In this document: positions 1 to 10,608 of the stretch, piece by piece
Layout of the letters: every line of letters starts with the position of its first letter
Numbering within the stretch: position 1 is the stretch's first letter
NCBI GenBank assembly: GCA_013286805.1
Contig: JABDEY010000001.1
Span: 6,051 to 70,050, forward strand
Direction of reading: 5' to 3'
Source: Bacteroidota bacterium
GTDB lineage: Bacteria; Bacteroidota; Bacteroidia; JABDFU01
DNA length: 64,000 nucleotides
The notes under the pieces: generated by a model
The model's database searches: none
What the model was told of the DNA's origin: nothing
Seen by the model: only the letters and a program-made list of their open reading frames with translations
Made by a program: the position numbers and the translations under genes

Positions 1-1036
1 CTCCGTAAATAAAGGGCGGATTGGGATTATCCTTTAATTCATCGTAGCGATCCGACAACATGCTGTCAAATAAACGCCTCATCAATGAGTTCCGGTAATC
101 TCCTGCAGTTTTATCCTCCTCCCTTTTATAACTATTCCCATCAATTTCTATGACGGTATTACTGGCTTCGGCATCACTCACCACCATAGCCTCCGAAGAT
201 TTGCGTGCAGGCAAGTCAATTCGTAACGCACGCGCTCGTTCAGTCCCCGGATTTTTAAAAACACCAAATTTCTCCTTAATTAATCGTTCGGCTTCTGTAG
301 GGTCCAGATCACCCGCTACAATCACACATTCCAGATCAGGACGGTACCAGTCATGGTAAAACCGCTTTAGCACATCATACTTAAATGTTCTCAAAAGTTC
401 ATCCTTGCCAATTGGAAGACGCTCCGCATATAGTGAACCGTTCATATATTTTGGAAACCACTTCTTAAACATCCGGTCAGCTGCACCCTTACCCAAACGG
501 CTCTCTTCCAATACAACAGGTCGTTCACCATCAATTTCAATATGATCCAACAGCGCATTCCCGCTCCAGTCAGCAAGAATAGTAAACCCAGAATCCAGTT
601 TCGCCTTGTTATCAGAGGGGATAGGGAGAATGTAAACAGTCTCATCAAAACTGGTATAGGCATTCAGGTCAGCCCCAAACTTTACACCTATGCTCTGAAG
701 GTAATGTACCACCTCATTATGTGGAAAATGTTTCAAACCATTAAAATTCATGTGCTCCGTAAAGTGGGCAAGTCCCTGCTGATCAGCATCCTCCATGGTA
801 GATCCAACGTTTACAGCCAGACGCAGTTCCACCTTGTTTTCCGGCTTTTTATTTTGGATGATTAAATAATGAAGCCCATTGCCCAATTGCCCTGTTTTAA
901 TTTTCGGGTTCATCGGCAATACCTGTTTAAGATCCTGAGCTTTTACAGGGCCTATAAGTAAGCTAAGGAAGCAAACAGTCAGCAGGACGGACAGTTTACT
1001 TGTAACGAAAGAAGTGAAGGGAGCTATTCTTTTCAT
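1..1036 (-). CDS. M16 (pitrilysin/insulinase) family zinc peptidase, N-terminal part; 3' end lies left of the window
   Basis: Absent from the ORF track because no stop lies inside the window. Hand translation from the ATG (complement of 1034-1036) stays open to position 2: MKRIAPFTSFVTSKLSVLLTVCFLSLLIGPVKAQDLKQVLPMNPKIKTGQLGNGLHYLIIQNKKPENKVELRLAVNVGSTMEDADQQGLAHFTEHMNFNG... It has a signal peptide, the inverted zinc motif HxxEH (HFTEH) and the following NAYTSFDETVY block typical of M16. Confidence 0.85.
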   Translation of the reverse strand, partial: MKRIAPFTSFVTSKLSVLLTVCFLSLLIGPVKAQDLKQVLPMNPKIKTGQLGNGLHYLIIQNKKPENKVELRLAVNVGSTMEDADQQGLAHFTEHMNFNGLKHFPHNEVVHYLQSIGVKFGADLNAYTSFDETVYILPIPSDNKAKLDSGFTILADWSGNALLDHIEIDGERPVVLEESRLGKGAADRMFKKWFPKYMNGSLYAERLPIGKDELLRTFKYDVLKRFYHDWYRPDLECVIVAGDLDPTEAERLIKEKFGVFKNPGTERARALRIDLPARKSSEAMVVSDAEASNTVIEIDGNSYKREEDKTAGDYRNSLMRRLFDSMLSDRYDELKDNPNPPFIYG

Positions 1037-1074
1037 TTTTTTTGTTTATAGCATATGTGATTATTCATTTTCGG

Positions 1075-1091
1075 CAACCCGTGCCGGGTTG
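1075..1091. other. Perfect 7-bp inverted repeat CAACCCG-tgc-CGGGTTG in a divergent intergenic region
   Basis: Read directly from the sequence. It lies between the M16 start (1036, minus) and the small secreted-protein gene (1194, plus). Could be an operator or an RNA hairpin; function unknown. Confidence 0.2.
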
Positions 1092-1193
1092 GAATATTAA
1101 ATTGCACCAAATATAGAACCTTTCCGGGGATTTATTAATTTCGCTGGTGCGAACACCTTTATGATCATAATCAACAGTACCAAAGCCATTCCA

Positions 1194-1565
1194 ATGAAAT
1201 ACAAAAACCTCATTTCAATTTTAGCAATTACAATAGCAGCAAACTTCTGCCCGGCACAGACAACGTCCGTAAGTGTCAATTCCATCATGGTAGGTTATGA
1301 CAAACACACCACCCTGATCCTAAGCAAAGAAGATGCAAGGACCCTGGATTTTATCAAAACCAATAACTGTGAAATAGTATCCTACAAGCTTACAAAAACA
1401 GTTGCCGGTCAGAAAACATCCACCGAAATTAAGGGCGATAGCCTCCCCTCTTCAACCATGAACAGCCTCAAATCCGGGGATAAGATTTCCGTTGAAAATG
1501 TACAGGCCAAATGCGGTAAAGAAGCTGTAAAATCAATTAAAGGAGCAACGATTAAAGTAAAGTAA
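1194..1565 (+). CDS. Small secreted hypothetical protein (~123 aa)
   Basis: Track ORF 1161..1565. The internal ATG at 1194 gives MKYKNLISILAITIAANFCPAQ, a signal-peptide-like N-terminus. I recognise no family motif. Confidence 0.5.
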   Translation: MKYKNLISILAITIAANFCPAQTTSVSVNSIMVGYDKHTTLILSKEDARTLDFIKTNNCEIVSYKLTKTVAGQKTSTEIKGDSLPSSTMNSLKSGDKISVENVQAKCGKEAVKSIKGATIKVK

Positions 1566-1697
1566 TCCGGACTTAATCTTCACCGGTCAGGCGTTTAATT
1601 TACATCCCTCGCTCATTATCTTTGAATACACACTCTTTATCCCATTGTTAAAAAAAATAATACCCCTCACACTGAAAATCAAATTATGTGAATAGCT

Positions 1698-2297
1698 ATG
1701 AAACCCTGGATCCCCATTACAACAACCTTAAAAGGTCAATTCGTTGAACTCATCCCCCTCAAAAAAGAACACTTTTCAGAGTTGTCTGCATTAGCACAGG
1801 ATAAACGAATATGGGAATTTCTCCCGACAGATTGTTCCGATGCTGAAAAATTCAAAAGAGCTTACGAGGAAGCCTTGTATGAAAGAGAAAAAGGAAATCA
1901 TTTCCCTTTTGTCATTTTCCACAAACAGACAAAAAAGTTAATGGGCTCAACACGATTGATGGACATACACCCAAAAGACAGAAAATTGGAAATAGGCTGG
2001 ACCTGGCTGCATCCCGATTATTGGGCAACAGCCATAAACCCCGAGTGTAAATTGTTGTTGCTTACCTATTGTTTTGAAACCCTGAAAACAATACGCGTTC
2101 AGTTAAAAACCAGCGATATTAATTTACGCTCCAGAAAAGCCATAGAAAAAATAGGAGGACAGTTTGAAGGTGTTTTACGTAAAGACAAGATCAGAGACAA
2201 TGGAATACCCAGGAATTCAGCCTATTTCAGCATCATTGAGGAAGAATGGGAAACCACCAAAAAAAAGATAGAAAAACTGTTGGCTTCACTCCGCTAA
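1698..2297 (+). CDS. GNAT family N-acetyltransferase (RimJ/RimL-like)
   Basis: Track ORF 199 aa. The blocks LIPLKKEHFSEL, GSTRLMDIHPKDRKLEIGWTWLHPDYW, NLRSRKAIEKIGGQFEGVLR match the Acetyltransf_3/RimJ-like GNAT pattern. Confidence 0.8.
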   Translation: MKPWIPITTTLKGQFVELIPLKKEHFSELSALAQDKRIWEFLPTDCSDAEKFKRAYEEALYEREKGNHFPFVIFHKQTKKLMGSTRLMDIHPKDRKLEIGWTWLHPDYWATAINPECKLLLLTYCFETLKTIRVQLKTSDINLRSRKAIEKIGGQFEGVLRKDKIRDNGIPRNSAYFSIIEEEWETTKKKIEKLLASLR

Positions 2298-2407
2298 TTC
2301 CTCCAGACAATTCGCGTTTCTTCATTTATCGGAGCCCTTGGCACTTAATGATTCCGTGCTCAATTTCTTTGATTTTCCAAAATAAAAGTTTATCTTTTTA
2401 GGTCAGA

Positions 2408-5400
2408 ATGGAGACCAAAAAAAAATACCAACTCCTGCAATCTGCAATAGGGTTTATCTCCTTTCTGATTGCATTTAATTCCTACGCCGGCTGTCCCATA
2501 ACCATTAAAACAGGCTCAACTCAAGTCACCTGCCTTGGTGGAGCAAATGGAACCGCAACAGTAACAGTTTCCGGAGCAACCGGCACTTTCAGTTATAGTT
2601 GGAGCAACGGACAAGCTTCTCTTACCAGTTCCCTGACAAACCAGTTAAGCAATCTGACATCCGCCGTATATACCGTAACCGTTACCGACCAGACGGCAGG
2701 ATGCACGCTTACTGCTTCAGTCATAGTAGCTCAGCCGGGACCAGTCATTACTTCTACAGCAGAACAAAGCGTTTCCTGTAACGGAGGCACCGACGGCAAA
2801 GCCTGGGTCACTGCAAACGGTTTCAAACCAGCCTATACCTATGCCTGGAATCCAAGCCTGAGTATCAACGATACCATATTCAGCCTCAGCGCAGGTAGCT
2901 ATACAGTCACAGTAACAGATAACAGTAGTTGCACTGCTTCCTCTGTCATAATTGTCCCTCAGCCCCCGGTCCTGACAGGAACAGTATCCGGCAAAAACAG
3001 CAGCTGTAACGGAACATTGGACGGCTCTGTAACAATTATTCCTGCCGGAGGTACCCCGGCATATACCTATTCCTGGAACACAGCCCCACCTCAGACAACT
3101 GCTACTGCAGCAAACATAGGCCCCGGTACCTATACGATCAAACTCAGCGATTCCAAAGGCTGTGAGTTTTTTACCAATGAGGCCATAACAGAATCTCCAC
3201 CTTTGTTTATAAATACTCCTGTTTATACAACGGAAACCTGCCAGCTTGGAAACGGGAAAATTTCCGTATCTCTCGTGGGAGGTAATCTTCCTTATACCTA
3301 TGCCTGGAGTCCCCCTGCCAACACCCAGACAACAGCCACCGCAACAAACCTGCATGCCGGAACATATACAGTAACAGTTACGGACAGCAAGGGTTGCACC
3401 TCTTCAAAAACTGCAGTTTTGAGCAACCAATATATTCCTCCTGTGCTTACAGGTACTCAAAACAATATAAGTTGCTTCGGTTCTGCAAACGGGAAAGCAG
3501 CTGTAACAATAACTTCAGGCTCCGCACCCTACAGTTATTCCTGGTCTCCTTCAGCCGGAACAGGACCAACAGCAACAAACCTTACACCGGCGATTTATAC
3601 AGTTACTGTGACGGACATTAACACATGTACAAGTACCTGGACAGCCACGCTTACCCAACCTCTCCTTTTAGGTCAGACTACAACATCCACCCCAACAAGC
3701 TGTGGCTTAAACAATGGTACAGCAAACCTCTCAGCATCCGGAGGAACACCTCCCTATTCTTATAGTTGGAGTAATGGTGGAACGGGTATGACAGCCACTG
3801 GTTTAAATGCAGGAACGTATACGGTAACGCTTACAGATGCCAATCTCTGCAAACTAACAACAACTGTTGTACTGAGCAGCTCCAATCCCGTAACTATACA
3901 CACAGTACAAACTAATCCCTTATGCAATGGGAATACGGATGGCACAGCCACAGTCTCAGCTACCGGAGGCATAAGCGGAACCTGGGACTATCTATGGAGT
4001 CCGGGAGGCGCAACAAGTTCAGCAATTACCGGACTTTCGGCATCTGCATATACTGTTACGGTAACGGATGCTTTGCATGCAGGATGTTTAGCCACCTCCA
4101 TTATAACAATTACCCAACCTGCTTTGCTTAATCCACAAGCAGCTGCAGTCAACGTTACCTGTGCAGGATTAAACAATGGCCAGGCCTCCTCCAGCCCTTC
4201 CGGGGGCACCAGTCCTTACACGTATAGCTGGAACACAGGCAGCACGGGAACAGGTTCAGGCAGTACGATTAACAATCTCGCTCCTGGCACTTATACCCTG
4301 ACCGTTACGGATGCAAATGCATGCACTTTATCTGTAGCTGAAGTTGTCCATCCCGGCATTCCCATCACTGCATCCATAAATAGTCTGATAAATATAAACT
4401 GCTTTGGTTCAGCTGACGGATCCGTTTCAGTAAATGCTTCCGGAGGAACAGGAACCCTTACCTATTCATGGAGCAGTGGCATTAAAAATGCAACCGCCGC
4501 TGGTCTATCCCCCGGAACATATACAGTGAGCGTTACAGATGCCAATGCATGTCAGGTAACATCCACAGCAGTATTGACACAACCCGCCCTTCTAAGCCTG
4601 ACACCCTCTTCCACACAACCTACCTGCGGCAATCAGGATGGAACAGCAACAATAACCCCTTCAGGAGGACTGGCACCCTATTCCTACACATGGTCTCCTC
4701 TTGGAGGAGGCACAGGAAATCTCAGTTCACATGTTTCACAACTCACGTCGGGCTCTTATACTGTCACAGTCAGCGATGCCAACTCCTGCACCCAAACCCA
4801 GGCACTTGCATTGGTACCTGCAGATCCGATTCTACTTACCCCTTCACAAGTAAACCTGACCTGTGCAGGCCCTGCCAACGGACAGGCTTCTGTCAGTGCA
4901 AGCGGAGGAACAGGAACATATAGTTATTCCTGGTCTGCGCTCGGAGGAGGTACAGGAGATCATACCAATAACACTACGCTGCTCGCCGCAAATAGTTATA
5001 CTGTAACAGTTACGGACGCTGCAAATGCAGCCTGTTTGGCCACAACAGCCATTACAATCACTCAACCGAACATCCTCGCCGTATCAGCAACTCCTTCCGG
5101 CATCCTTTGTTTTGGGCAAACCAACGGAGCTATTACGGCCACAACAACAGGGGGAACCCCGGCATACACCTACTCATGGTCGCCCCTGGGCGCAGGCGCG
5201 GGTCAGCTTACAAGTACTGTTTCAGGCCTTTCTTCAGGGACATATACAATCACGGTTACAGATGCACATAGTTGCACAGGTACAAATTCAGCAAACATAA
5301 TAGAACCTCCCATCCTGAATCTGAATTTAACAACTACAAATGCAGCCTGCGCAGGGAATAAAAACGGGAGCGTTCAGGCAACTATTACCGGCGGAACCCC

Positions 5401-8400
5401 GGCCTACACTTATAGTTGCAGCAATGGCACAAATGCAATTTCCAATTCGCTGATTCATACATTTACAAATTTACCTTCTGGAACCTACACCCTGACCGTC
5501 ACGGATGCCAACGGTTGCCAAATAGTAAGCACAACTACTATAACGGAACCTCCGGGCTTCTCCATTGCCGTTGCCGGAACTAATCCTGCCTGTTACGGCA
5601 ATAATGGCTCAGCGCTGGTCAGTCCGGCAGGAGGCTCAGGCTCCTTTGGTTTTCTTTGGACTCCCGGAGCAGAAACAGGAAGCAGTATTTCAGGTCTTGA
5701 TCCGGGAAATTACTCCGTTAAGGTAACCGATCTTACCAGCGGTTGCGACACAACAGGAAGTATTACACTTGCATGGCCTGTTATAAAACTGCAGTTTGAT
5801 TCTGTTAATCTCAGCTGCAATGGCAGCAGCAACGGAAAAGTATGGGTAACAGCTTCCGGGGCAACTTCCCCTTATTCCTATTCCTGGAATTTGCCGGCCT
5901 CAACAAACGACACCCTGAAATCGCTCAACATTGGAACCTATTCGGTAACGGTGAGTGACAATGCAGGTTGTCAGAATACAGGAAGTGTCAGTGTCACTCA
6001 GCCTTCTGCCCTTTCACTGATCCTTAACTCAACAAGCGCAAGTTGTTATGGCGGGACCAATGGAACAGTTTCACTGACTGCATCCGGGGGCATACCACCC
6101 TATGCGTATTCCTGGTCATCCGGTCCAACATCCGGGTCAATTCCAACTTCCCTCCTTCACCAATTTAACAATCTCTCAGCTGCTGCCTACACTGTTTCCG
6201 TAACGGATGCAAATATATGTCCGATATCTGGTACAGTAACAATTACCCAGCCAGCACAATTACAACTAAAAGCAGATTCCATCAGCGTCTCCTGTCAGGG
6301 TGGAAAGGATGGATCCGCAATAGCCATGGCTGCAGGAGGAACATCTCCCTATACATATAGTTGCAGCAATGGCACAACGGTAACCAGCAGTTCGCTCACC
6401 CACCAATTCAACAATTTGCCTGCAGCAACTTACACAATTACGCTCAATGATGCCAATGCCTGCAGTACAACAACGCTTATACCTGTCACTGAGCCGGGAG
6501 TAATCGTTCTTGTCACAGCTGAAGGAAACCCAGGTTGCGGGTTAAATTCCGGCAAAGCCTCTGTATCCGCTACCGGAGGAAACGGAACTTATGCTTATCA
6601 GTGGGCCCCGGTATCAGGATCCAAAGACACACTGCTTAATTTGACTGCCGGCGAATACACTGTAACAGTGACCGACCAGAAAGGTTGCTCAGCAATTGAT
6701 TCAGCCCAGTTAATACCACTTAACCCGATTCAGTCAACCGGCTCCATGACTAACTGTACTTGTTACGGGTCCAATGATGGAAAGGCAGGCGTCTCAGCTA
6801 CCGGAGGATCAGGAACCTATCTGTACGCCTGGAGTACGACTGTCGGAAACACCGGCCCATCGTTATCTAACCTGATTGCGGGCTCCTATACGGTCACCAT
6901 TTCAGATCAAACCAATTCATCCTGCAAGCTGACCGACACGTTGGTAGTTACCCAGCCCATATCTGTATTGGCCAGCCTCGCATCCTCTCCTGCCACCTGT
7001 TTTGGAGACGCAACCGGCACGGTATTAGTAACAGCCTCCATAGGTTTATCGCCCTATACCTACAGCTGGAACACAGGATCAACAGCAATTACCAATTCGA
7101 CTTCAAATCAAATCACAAATCTTGCAGCTGGCAGCTACACCGTAAGCATTAGCAACAGCAATGGATGTAAGGCCATAGACAGCATCAAAGTAACACAGCC
7201 TCCCGCGCTCAGCACAACTACCTCAGCCAAAAATGCAAGCTGCGGAAATACATACGGAAAAGTCATTGTGAGTGCAACAGGAGGAACCGGAAGCTACAGC
7301 TATTCCTGGACTCCCATGCCTTCCTCAACAGATTCTTTAACGAATTTGTTGCCAGGCAGCTATACTGTTGTAGTATTGGATGCCAACAATTGTTTAAAGA
7401 AAGATTCTGCAACGGTACTACTAAACAATTCAATCAGTATCAAATTAACTGAAACAGGAACCTCTTGTTTTGGCCATGCGGACGGAAAAATTACTACCAA
7501 TGCAAGTGGAGGTTCTGGCAGTTTTGCTTATCTATGGAGTCCAGGAGGAAGTACTGCCCCAAATTTATTAAATCTTGGCGTTGGAATGTACACCGTTACA
7601 GTAACAGAAGGCACTATAAACGGCTGCAGCAAAATAGATTCCATACAGGTTACACAACCTGCCTTACTGGATGCCAATCTGGTCATTACCAAAACATCCT
7701 GCCTGGGGACTTCCAATTTCGTAGTAACCGCCAATCCAATTGGAGGCACCCCGGGCTATGCATATACCTGGAGTTTTGGAGGTACCGCTCAAAGCGAAGG
7801 TAATTTATCCCCCGGAACATATGTGTTGGCGCTTAGTGATACCAACGGCTGCGATACAGCCAAAATTTTTTCAGTCAATTCGGCCCCTACGCCATTTTTA
7901 CTTGCACCGGCAATCACCGACCCTAAATGTAACCTTTCCAATGGAGCAATTACAGTGGATGTATTTGGAGGGAGCCCGGCTTATACCTACAATTGGAGCA
8001 CCGGTGCAAGTGCAATAACAGGAAGTGTCAGTATCCGTCTTCCGGCTCTCCCGGCGGGAATTTACACACTTACGGTGACGGATGCATTTACCTGCACGGA
8101 CACACGAACGATAACCCTAACGAATATAGTTCTGCCTCCGGTGCTAACAATGGATTCTGAATCCGTTAGCTGTTACGGATTTAATACAGGAAAAGCAACA
8201 GTTGCTGTCAGTGCAGGCTCTCCTCCATTTGCCTATTCCTGGTCACCTTCCGGAGGAACAAACACGGTCACCACAGGATTGCAGGCAGGAGTTTATACCG
8301 TTACTGTAAAAGACGGACAATCTTGTACCTCAACAAGTTCCGTCACAATCACCCAACCACCTCCCTTACAGACACGAATTACCAAAACCAATCCGCTTTG

Positions 8401-10555
8401 CTTTGGGTATGCCACCGGCAGTGCAATCCTATCAGTTTCCGGAGGTACGGGCCCCGATTATACTTATAGCTGGAGTGCAGGAGCAAACTCCATAACATCT
8501 TCCCTGAATTACACCTATACTAATTTAATAGCCGGACTTTATTCAGTACTCGTGACAGACAGTAATGCATGCACTATTCTGGACACAGTCACAATTCAAA
8601 CACCCTCAGCCTTGCTACCCCATGCCGCTCAGATAAATGTACTGTGCTTCGGGAAAAACACAGGAAGTGCTATGCTCAAACCTTCCGGTGCCACACCGGC
8701 ATATTCCTATACCTGGAACACAGGAGCGGATACAAACGTGATAAGCAACCTCCCTGCAGGCAATTACATCTATATCATCACCGATGCTTTCGGCTGCTAT
8801 GTAAAGGATACCATCAAGCTCCTTCAGGCCGATTCGATCATACTTAAAACCGCCGGTATTGAAACCAAATGCTTCGCTTCCTGCGACGGGGAAGCTGTGG
8901 CCATTCCATCAATGGGAATCAGTCCATATACGTTTTCCTGGTCAGAAGGAGGAAGCGGCCCCGCCATCCAGCATCTATGTCAGGGCATGTACACGATTCA
9001 GATTACAGATTCCAATGGATGTCAGGCCTTAGCGAATGTTACAGTTAACCAGCCCAGTCCCTTCATTTCAAAAGGGACCAGCACTCCTGGGCGATGTAGT
9101 TTACCGGGTGGGACTGTATCAGTAAATGTAAGCGGGGCTACTGCTCCATATTCCTACCTATGGGCACCCTCCGGCCAAACAGGAAGCCAAGCAGATAGTA
9201 TGCTTACCGGTACTTATACAGTTTACATTACTGATGCAAATTCCTGCAAAGATACGGCCCTGGTAAACTTGAAAAACCCTGATTTAGTAAGTGTGATTAC
9301 TACAGGTGACACCATTATTTGTATAGGACAAACCGCTCAGATTCATGCGAGTGCTTCCGGTGGAACACCCGCCTATACGTATAGCTGGAACAGTGGTGCT
9401 TTTATCGGCCCGAATTATAACGTTAGTCCCTTGTTAAGCGCCAATTATAACATTGTAGTGAGTGATTCAAACAATTGCCTCTCACACCCTGTCATACACA
9501 CTGTAAATGTAAGACCCCCACTCAAGCTCAATTCCATCCCTGCTCCTGCTCCGGTTTGCTCAGGCGTTCCGACAATACTTACGGCCGTTGCAACAGGAGG
9601 CAACGGAAATTATTTCTTTACCTGGTCACCCGGAGGCATAACAGGACCAGTACTGACTGCAACACCCTCCGTCACTTCCCCCTACACGATTGTCGTTGAA
9701 GACGGATGCGGTACACCTGCTGATACAGCAAATGTCATCTTAACCATTTACCCTAACCCTGTGACGCAATTTGTATCTGCCGATACAGGATCCTGTCAGA
9801 ACATATGCGTTCCATTTACAGACCAAAGCACCGTGCTTGCCGGATCTGTACTAAATGCATGGATCTGGGATTTTGGAAACGGGCATAAATCAAACCTTCA
9901 AAATCCCCTTGAGTGTTACCCCGATTCAGGCCGGTTCACTGTTTCACTTAAAACAACCACTGACAAAGGATGTACCTCAACTCTTGCAAAAGCATACTAC
10001 ATTGATATTTACAGCTTACCTTCAGCAGGTTTCACAATGGATCCTGTAAAACCAGAAATATTGAATCCAGTAGTCCGTTTTCAGGATAAGTCCCGAGGAG
10101 CATTGAGCTGGGACTGGAATTTCGGAGACGGATCAGCACCAGGCCCGGAAAACCTGACCGAAAACACCAAACATACCTACGCAGATACAGGGAACTATTG
10201 TATCTGGCAATTAGTCACCAATAGTCATGGCTGCAAAGACTCAGTAAAAAACTGCCTGACTGTAGTACCGGAGTTTACATACTTTATTCCCAACACGTTT
10301 ACCCCAAATGGCGACGGCAAAAACGAAGTTTTCAATGGCAAGGGAACCTATCTAAAAACCTATCGCATGCTGATTTTCGACCGCTGGGGCAATATGGTAT
10401 TCTTCTCCAATGATCCGGAAATGGGATGGGATGGTACAATTGCCACAGGCAGCGGGCAGACAGCCCCACAGGGAGAATACGTTTACAAAGTGGATCTGAC
10501 CGATTTTTATGATCAGAAGCATAGTTATAATGGAACCTTGACCCTGATCAGATAA
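2408..10555 (+). CDS. Giant SprB-repeat cell-surface protein (2715 aa) with T9SS type-B (gliding-motility CHU_C) C-terminal domain
   Basis: N-terminal signal/anchor (LLQSAIGFISFLIAFNSYAG). About 29 copies of the SprB-type unit (C-x-G-x3-G...GG-x-x-P-Y-[ST]-[YF]-x-W...Y-T-V-T-V-T-D-x3-C), period ~76-80 aa, over ~2490-9290. Two Ig-like modules (~9290-9750). Two PKD-like modules (WDFGNG, WNFGDG; ~9750-10270). Terminal FIPNTFTPNGDGKNEVF...YVYKV block (~10270-10552) typical of the type-B CTD. Confidence 0.9.
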   Translation: METKKKYQLLQSAIGFISFLIAFNSYAGCPITIKTGSTQVTCLGGANGTATVTVSGATGTFSYSWSNGQASLTSSLTNQLSNLTSAVYTVTVTDQTAGCTLTASVIVAQPGPVITSTAEQSVSCNGGTDGKAWVTANGFKPAYTYAWNPSLSINDTIFSLSAGSYTVTVTDNSSCTASSVIIVPQPPVLTGTVSGKNSSCNGTLDGSVTIIPAGGTPAYTYSWNTAPPQTTATAANIGPGTYTIKLSDSKGCEFFTNEAITESPPLFINTPVYTTETCQLGNGKISVSLVGGNLPYTYAWSPPANTQTTATATNLHAGTYTVTVTDSKGCTSSKTAVLSNQYIPPVLTGTQNNISCFGSANGKAAVTITSGSAPYSYSWSPSAGTGPTATNLTPAIYTVTVTDINTCTSTWTATLTQPLLLGQTTTSTPTSCGLNNGTANLSASGGTPPYSYSWSNGGTGMTATGLNAGTYTVTLTDANLCKLTTTVVLSSSNPVTIHTVQTNPLCNGNTDGTATVSATGGISGTWDYLWSPGGATSSAITGLSASAYTVTVTDALHAGCLATSIITITQPALLNPQAAAVNVTCAGLNNGQASSSPSGGTSPYTYSWNTGSTGTGSGSTINNLAPGTYTLTVTDANACTLSVAEVVHPGIPITASINSLININCFGSADGSVSVNASGGTGTLTYSWSSGIKNATAAGLSPGTYTVSVTDANACQVTSTAVLTQPALLSLTPSSTQPTCGNQDGTATITPSGGLAPYSYTWSPLGGGTGNLSSHVSQLTSGSYTVTVSDANSCTQTQALALVPADPILLTPSQVNLTCAGPANGQASVSASGGTGTYSYSWSALGGGTGDHTNNTTLLAANSYTVTVTDAANAACLATTAITITQPNILAVSATPSGILCFGQTNGAITATTTGGTPAYTYSWSPLGAGAGQLTSTVSGLSSGTYTITVTDAHSCTGTNSANIIEPPILNLNLTTTNAACAGNKNGSVQATITGGTPAYTYSCSNGTNAISNSLIHTFTNLPSGTYTLTVTDANGCQIVSTTTITEPPGFSIAVAGTNPACYGNNGSALVSPAGGSGSFGFLWTPGAETGSSISGLDPGNYSVKVTDLTSGCDTTGSITLAWPVIKLQFDSVNLSCNGSSNGKVWVTASGATSPYSYSWNLPASTNDTLKSLNIGTYSVTVSDNAGCQNTGSVSVTQPSALSLILNSTSASCYGGTNGTVSLTASGGIPPYAYSWSSGPTSGSIPTSLLHQFNNLSAAAYTVSVTDANICPISGTVTITQPAQLQLKADSISVSCQGGKDGSAIAMAAGGTSPYTYSCSNGTTVTSSSLTHQFNNLPAATYTITLNDANACSTTTLIPVTEPGVIVLVTAEGNPGCGLNSGKASVSATGGNGTYAYQWAPVSGSKDTLLNLTAGEYTVTVTDQKGCSAIDSAQLIPLNPIQSTGSMTNCTCYGSNDGKAGVSATGGSGTYLYAWSTTVGNTGPSLSNLIAGSYTVTISDQTNSSCKLTDTLVVTQPISVLASLASSPATCFGDATGTVLVTASIGLSPYTYSWNTGSTAITNSTSNQITNLAAGSYTVSISNSNGCKAIDSIKVTQPPALSTTTSAKNASCGNTYGKVIVSATGGTGSYSYSWTPMPSSTDSLTNLLPGSYTVVVLDANNCLKKDSATVLLNNSISIKLTETGTSCFGHADGKITTNASGGSGSFAYLWSPGGSTAPNLLNLGVGMYTVTVTEGTINGCSKIDSIQVTQPALLDANLVITKTSCLGTSNFVVTANPIGGTPGYAYTWSFGGTAQSEGNLSPGTYVLALSDTNGCDTAKIFSVNSAPTPFLLAPAITDPKCNLSNGAITVDVFGGSPAYTYNWSTGASAITGSVSIRLPALPAGIYTLTVTDAFTCTDTRTITLTNIVLPPVLTMDSESVSCYGFNTGKATVAVSAGSPPFAYSWSPSGGTNTVTTGLQAGVYTVTVKDGQSCTSTSSVTITQPPPLQTRITKTNPLCFGYATGSAILSVSGGTGPDYTYSWSAGANSITSSLNYTYTNLIAGLYSVLVTDSNACTILDTVTIQTPSALLPHAAQINVLCFGKNTGSAMLKPSGATPAYSYTWNTGADTNVISNLPAGNYIYIITDAFGCYVKDTIKLLQADSIILKTAGIETKCFASCDGEAVAIPSMGISPYTFSWSEGGSGPAIQHLCQGMYTIQITDSNGCQALANVTVNQPSPFISKGTSTPGRCSLPGGTVSVNVSGATAPYSYLWAPSGQTGSQADSMLTGTYTVYITDANSCKDTALVNLKNPDLVSVITTGDTIICIGQTAQIHASASGGTPAYTYSWNSGAFIGPNYNVSPLLSANYNIVVSDSNNCLSHPVIHTVNVRPPLKLNSIPAPAPVCSGVPTILTAVATGGNGNYFFTWSPGGITGPVLTATPSVTSPYTIVVEDGCGTPADTANVILTIYPNPVTQFVSADTGSCQNICVPFTDQSTVLAGSVLNAWIWDFGNGHKSNLQNPLECYPDSGRFTVSLKTTTDKGCTSTLAKAYYIDIYSLPSAGFTMDPVKPEILNPVVRFQDKSRGALSWDWNFGDGSAPGPENLTENTKHTYADTGNYCIWQLVTNSHGCKDSVKNCLTVVPEFTYFIPNTFTPNGDGKNEVFNGKGTYLKTYRMLIFDRWGNMVFFSNDPEMGWDGTIATGSGQTAPQGEYVYKVDLTDFYDQKHSYNGTLTLIR

Positions 10556-10608
10556 TTGTTTTATAATACCATAATCCGGATTAGCACATTAAGTTACGGA
10601 GTTCACGA

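Noticed and set aside
150-865. Track ORFs 150..359(+), 442..663(-) and 542..865(+) at the left edge
   Set aside because: All are nested in the minus-strand M16 peptidase frame that I translated by hand (HFTEH zinc motif). That frame was missing from the track only because its stop lies outside the window.
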